Source: an uncultured Gemmatimonadales bacterium (GTDB taxonomy: Bacteria > Gemmatimonadota > Gemmatimonadetes > Longimicrobiales > Gaopeijiaceae). From it: 64,000 nt of DNA. Under the pieces are notes generated by a model. It did no database searches, was not told where the DNA came from, and worked only from the letters and a program-made list of their open reading frames with translations. The stretch lies in assembly GCA_963823035.1 (NCBI GenBank), contig CAWGKG010000010.1, positions 224,001-288,000 of the forward strand. Direction: 5' to 3'. Below, piece after piece: positions 61,646 to 64,000 of the stretch (positions within the stretch are counted from its first letter, which is position 1; each line of letters opens with the position of its first letter). The position numbers were made by a program, and so were the translations under genes.

Positions 61646-64000
61646 ATGAAGCGTCTCGCTACCCGAGGAGCCCTGCTTCTGATCGTGCTGTTGGCCCTCC
61701 CCGCTCTGCTCGGCGCACAGCAGATGCGGAGGGTCACCGGACACGTGACGTTGCCGGGGGCCGTGGTTCCGGCAGGCGTGCAGGTCGCCATCAAGGGCAC
61801 GAACCTGGGCGTACTCACCAACGGGCAGGGTGACTTCGTCATCCAGGCCCCCGAGAGCGCCACCACGCTCGTCTTCACCTACATCGGCTACAAGACCCTC
61901 GAGGCGCCCATCCGGGACCGCGTCGAGGTCACCCTCGACGAGGAAGCGATCGGCCTCGAGGGAATCGTCGTCACCGCGCTGGGCGTCGAACGCGAGAAGA
62001 AGACGCTCGGCTACGCGGTGCAGGAGATCCGCGCCGATCAGATCGTCGCCGTGCCGAAGGACAACCTGGTCAACGCGCTCCAGGGTCAGGTGGCCGGCGT
62101 GCACGTCACGAACGCGGGCGTGACCGGCGGCAGCTCCCGGATCGTGATCCGCGGGGCGAGCTCGATCACCGGCGAGAACCAGCCGCTCTTCATCGTCGAC
62201 GGCATCCCGGTCGACAACTCCTCTCGCCGGGTCGTCCGGCTACTCGGGGATGGACTGGGGGAACGCCCTCCAGGACCTCGACCCCAACAACATCGAGTCC
62301 GTCAGCGTGCTGAAGGGACCGAACGCGGCCGCGCTCTACGGCACGCGGGCGGCGAACGGCGCGGTGGTGATCACGACCAAGACGGCGCGCCCCGGGATGG
62401 GTGGGCTGGGCATCACGGCCACCTCGTCCGTCACCTTCGAGCAGCCTCTGCGCCTGCCGAGCTACCAGAACCTGTACGGGCAGGGCTACAACGGGGAGTT
62501 CCAGTACGTGGACGGCGCGGGCGCCGGTACGTGGGACTACGTCGACGAGAGTTGGGGTCCGAAGATGGACGGCCGCCTCATCGACCAGTTCACCGGTGCG
62601 CAGCAGCCGTGGCTGCCGCATCCCGACAACGTCCGCGACTACTTCCGCACCGGGTCGAACTGGAACACCAACGTGGCCGTGGCGCGCGCGACCGAGTCGT
62701 CGAACATCCGGCTGTCGGTCACGAGCACGCAGACCGAAGGCATGGCTCCGGGCAACACGATCGACCGCAAGTCGGTGGCCTTGAAGGGCGGGGCGTCCGT
62801 GACCGACCGTCTGAAGGCCAGCGCGATGATCAACTACCTGAGCCAGGACGGGAATAACCGCGTGGGGACGGGTTACTACGACGACAACCCCATGCAGAAC
62901 TTCACCTGGTTCGGGCGGCAGGTCGATCTCAACGCCCTGACGTCACTGGAAGTGCGACGGCAGCGAGCCGACCGCGTGCGTGCCGGGACAGGAGTACAAC
63001 TGGAACTACAACTACCACGACAACCCGTTCTGGGTGCAGTACGCCAACGGCACCGGCGACACGCGTGATCGCGTCATCGGTGACATCCAGACCGACTATC
63101 AGGTCAACGACTGGATCACGGTCACCGGCAAGATCGCCAAGGACTACTACCAGTGGCACAAGAAGGACGATTCCGAGGTGGGCACGGTCGGCGGATGGGC
63201 CGGCGTGAGGGGCGGCTTCCGTGAGTCCACGGAGTACCGCTCCGAGACCAACATGGACCTCCTGGCGGTCGCCACGCGCCAGCTCACCGGCGACATCCTG
63301 ATGGATGCCACGGCCGGAGCGAACACGCGCCTGAACGAGTACCGCTACGGCGAAGTGAGCACGACGGCGCTGACCGTGCCGGGGATCTTCACGATCGACA
63401 ACTCGGCCGAGGTCATCGGCTCGTCGGACACCTACAACAAGAAGCAGGTACGGAGCGTCTACGGGTCGCTGAGCCTCAACTACAAGGGCTGGCTCAACGT
63501 CGACCTCACGGGACGCAACGACTGGTCGTCGACGCTACCCGAGAACAACCGGTCGTTCTTCTATCCGTCGATCTCTTCGGCGTTCGTCTTCTCCGACGCC
63601 TTCGGGATGACCGGCGACCTCCTCAGCTCCGGGAAGGTCCGGGCGAGTTGGACGCGCGTCGGCAACGACACCGATCCGTATCAGCTGGTCGCCACGTTGA
63701 ACGCCCAGGATCCGTACGGCGGTGCCCCGATGTTCTCGATCCCCAACCAGCTCTACAACGCCAACCTCAAGCCCGAAGAGGTGACGTCTTGGGAGGTCGG
63801 GACCGATCTGGGCTTCCTGGACGAGCGACTCGGCTTCGTGCTGACGTACTACAACAGCACGACGCGCGACCTGATCATGCCGGTGCAGGTCTCCGGCGCC
63901 AGCGGCTTCACCAGCCAGATCCTGAACGCGGGTGAGGTGCGCAACAAGGGCATCGAGCTGCTGCTGCGGGCCACGCCGGTCCGGGCGGACAACGGTCTGC
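61646..64000 (+). CDS. SusC/RagA family TonB-dependent outer-membrane receptor (partial, runs off window); frameshifts near 62228 and 62945
   Basis: GAGGAGG RBS; GIVVTALG, LGYAVQ, NALQGQVAGV, PLFIVDGIP, DLDPNNIESVSVLKGPNAAALYGTRAANGAVVITTK, RNDWSSTLP, FFYPS, NLKPE, NAGEVRNKGIE. Confidence 0.95.

Noticed and set aside
1..64000. CRISPR arrays, tRNA/rRNA, transposases, integrases, prophage or defence genes
   Set aside because: No regularly spaced repeats, RNA-gene signatures or such protein motifs were found; almost all sequence is explained by metabolic and envelope genes

Overview
Gene-dense, very GC-rich (roughly 70% by eye) bacterial chromosomal DNA. Gene content suggests Gemmatimonadota or a similar heterotroph: PadR plus duplicated ABC permease, SusC-type receptor, stand-alone TonB plug protein and many secreted S9 peptidases (inference). 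About 40 protein-coding genes are recognisable. Many are split by single-base indels, which look like long-read consensus errors rather than pseudogenisation. Main blocks: (1) CocE hydrolase, MatB-like acyl-CoA synthetase and MadLM malonate transporter, interrupted by an opposite-strand outer-membrane protein + GH13 pair; (2) three S9 peptidases, an HD-GYP response regulator and PadR/permease; (3) an hldD-GH125-GH92-GH2 mannosidase operon; (4) a surface-polysaccharide locus (GT, Wzi, and a GT2-GT4 ORF reading in frame into an Omp85/BamA-like barrel); (5) orphan GAK-type CofD-like gene, methyltransferase, thyX, amidohydrolase, pip; (6) a tightly coupled cluster at 45051-53581: GabT-like aminotransferase, carbon-nitrogen hydrolase, large PLP amino-acid decarboxylase, ATP-grasp ligase, C45 Ntn-hydrolase and carbamate kinase. 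This cluster is the best candidate for an undescribed amine/amide-conjugation pathway. (7) SDR + GH63-like glucosidase, a VPS10/BNR protein and a SusC receptor running off the window end. No rRNA, tRNA, CRISPR array or transposase was seen. All family assignments come from motif recognition by eye, not from database searches.
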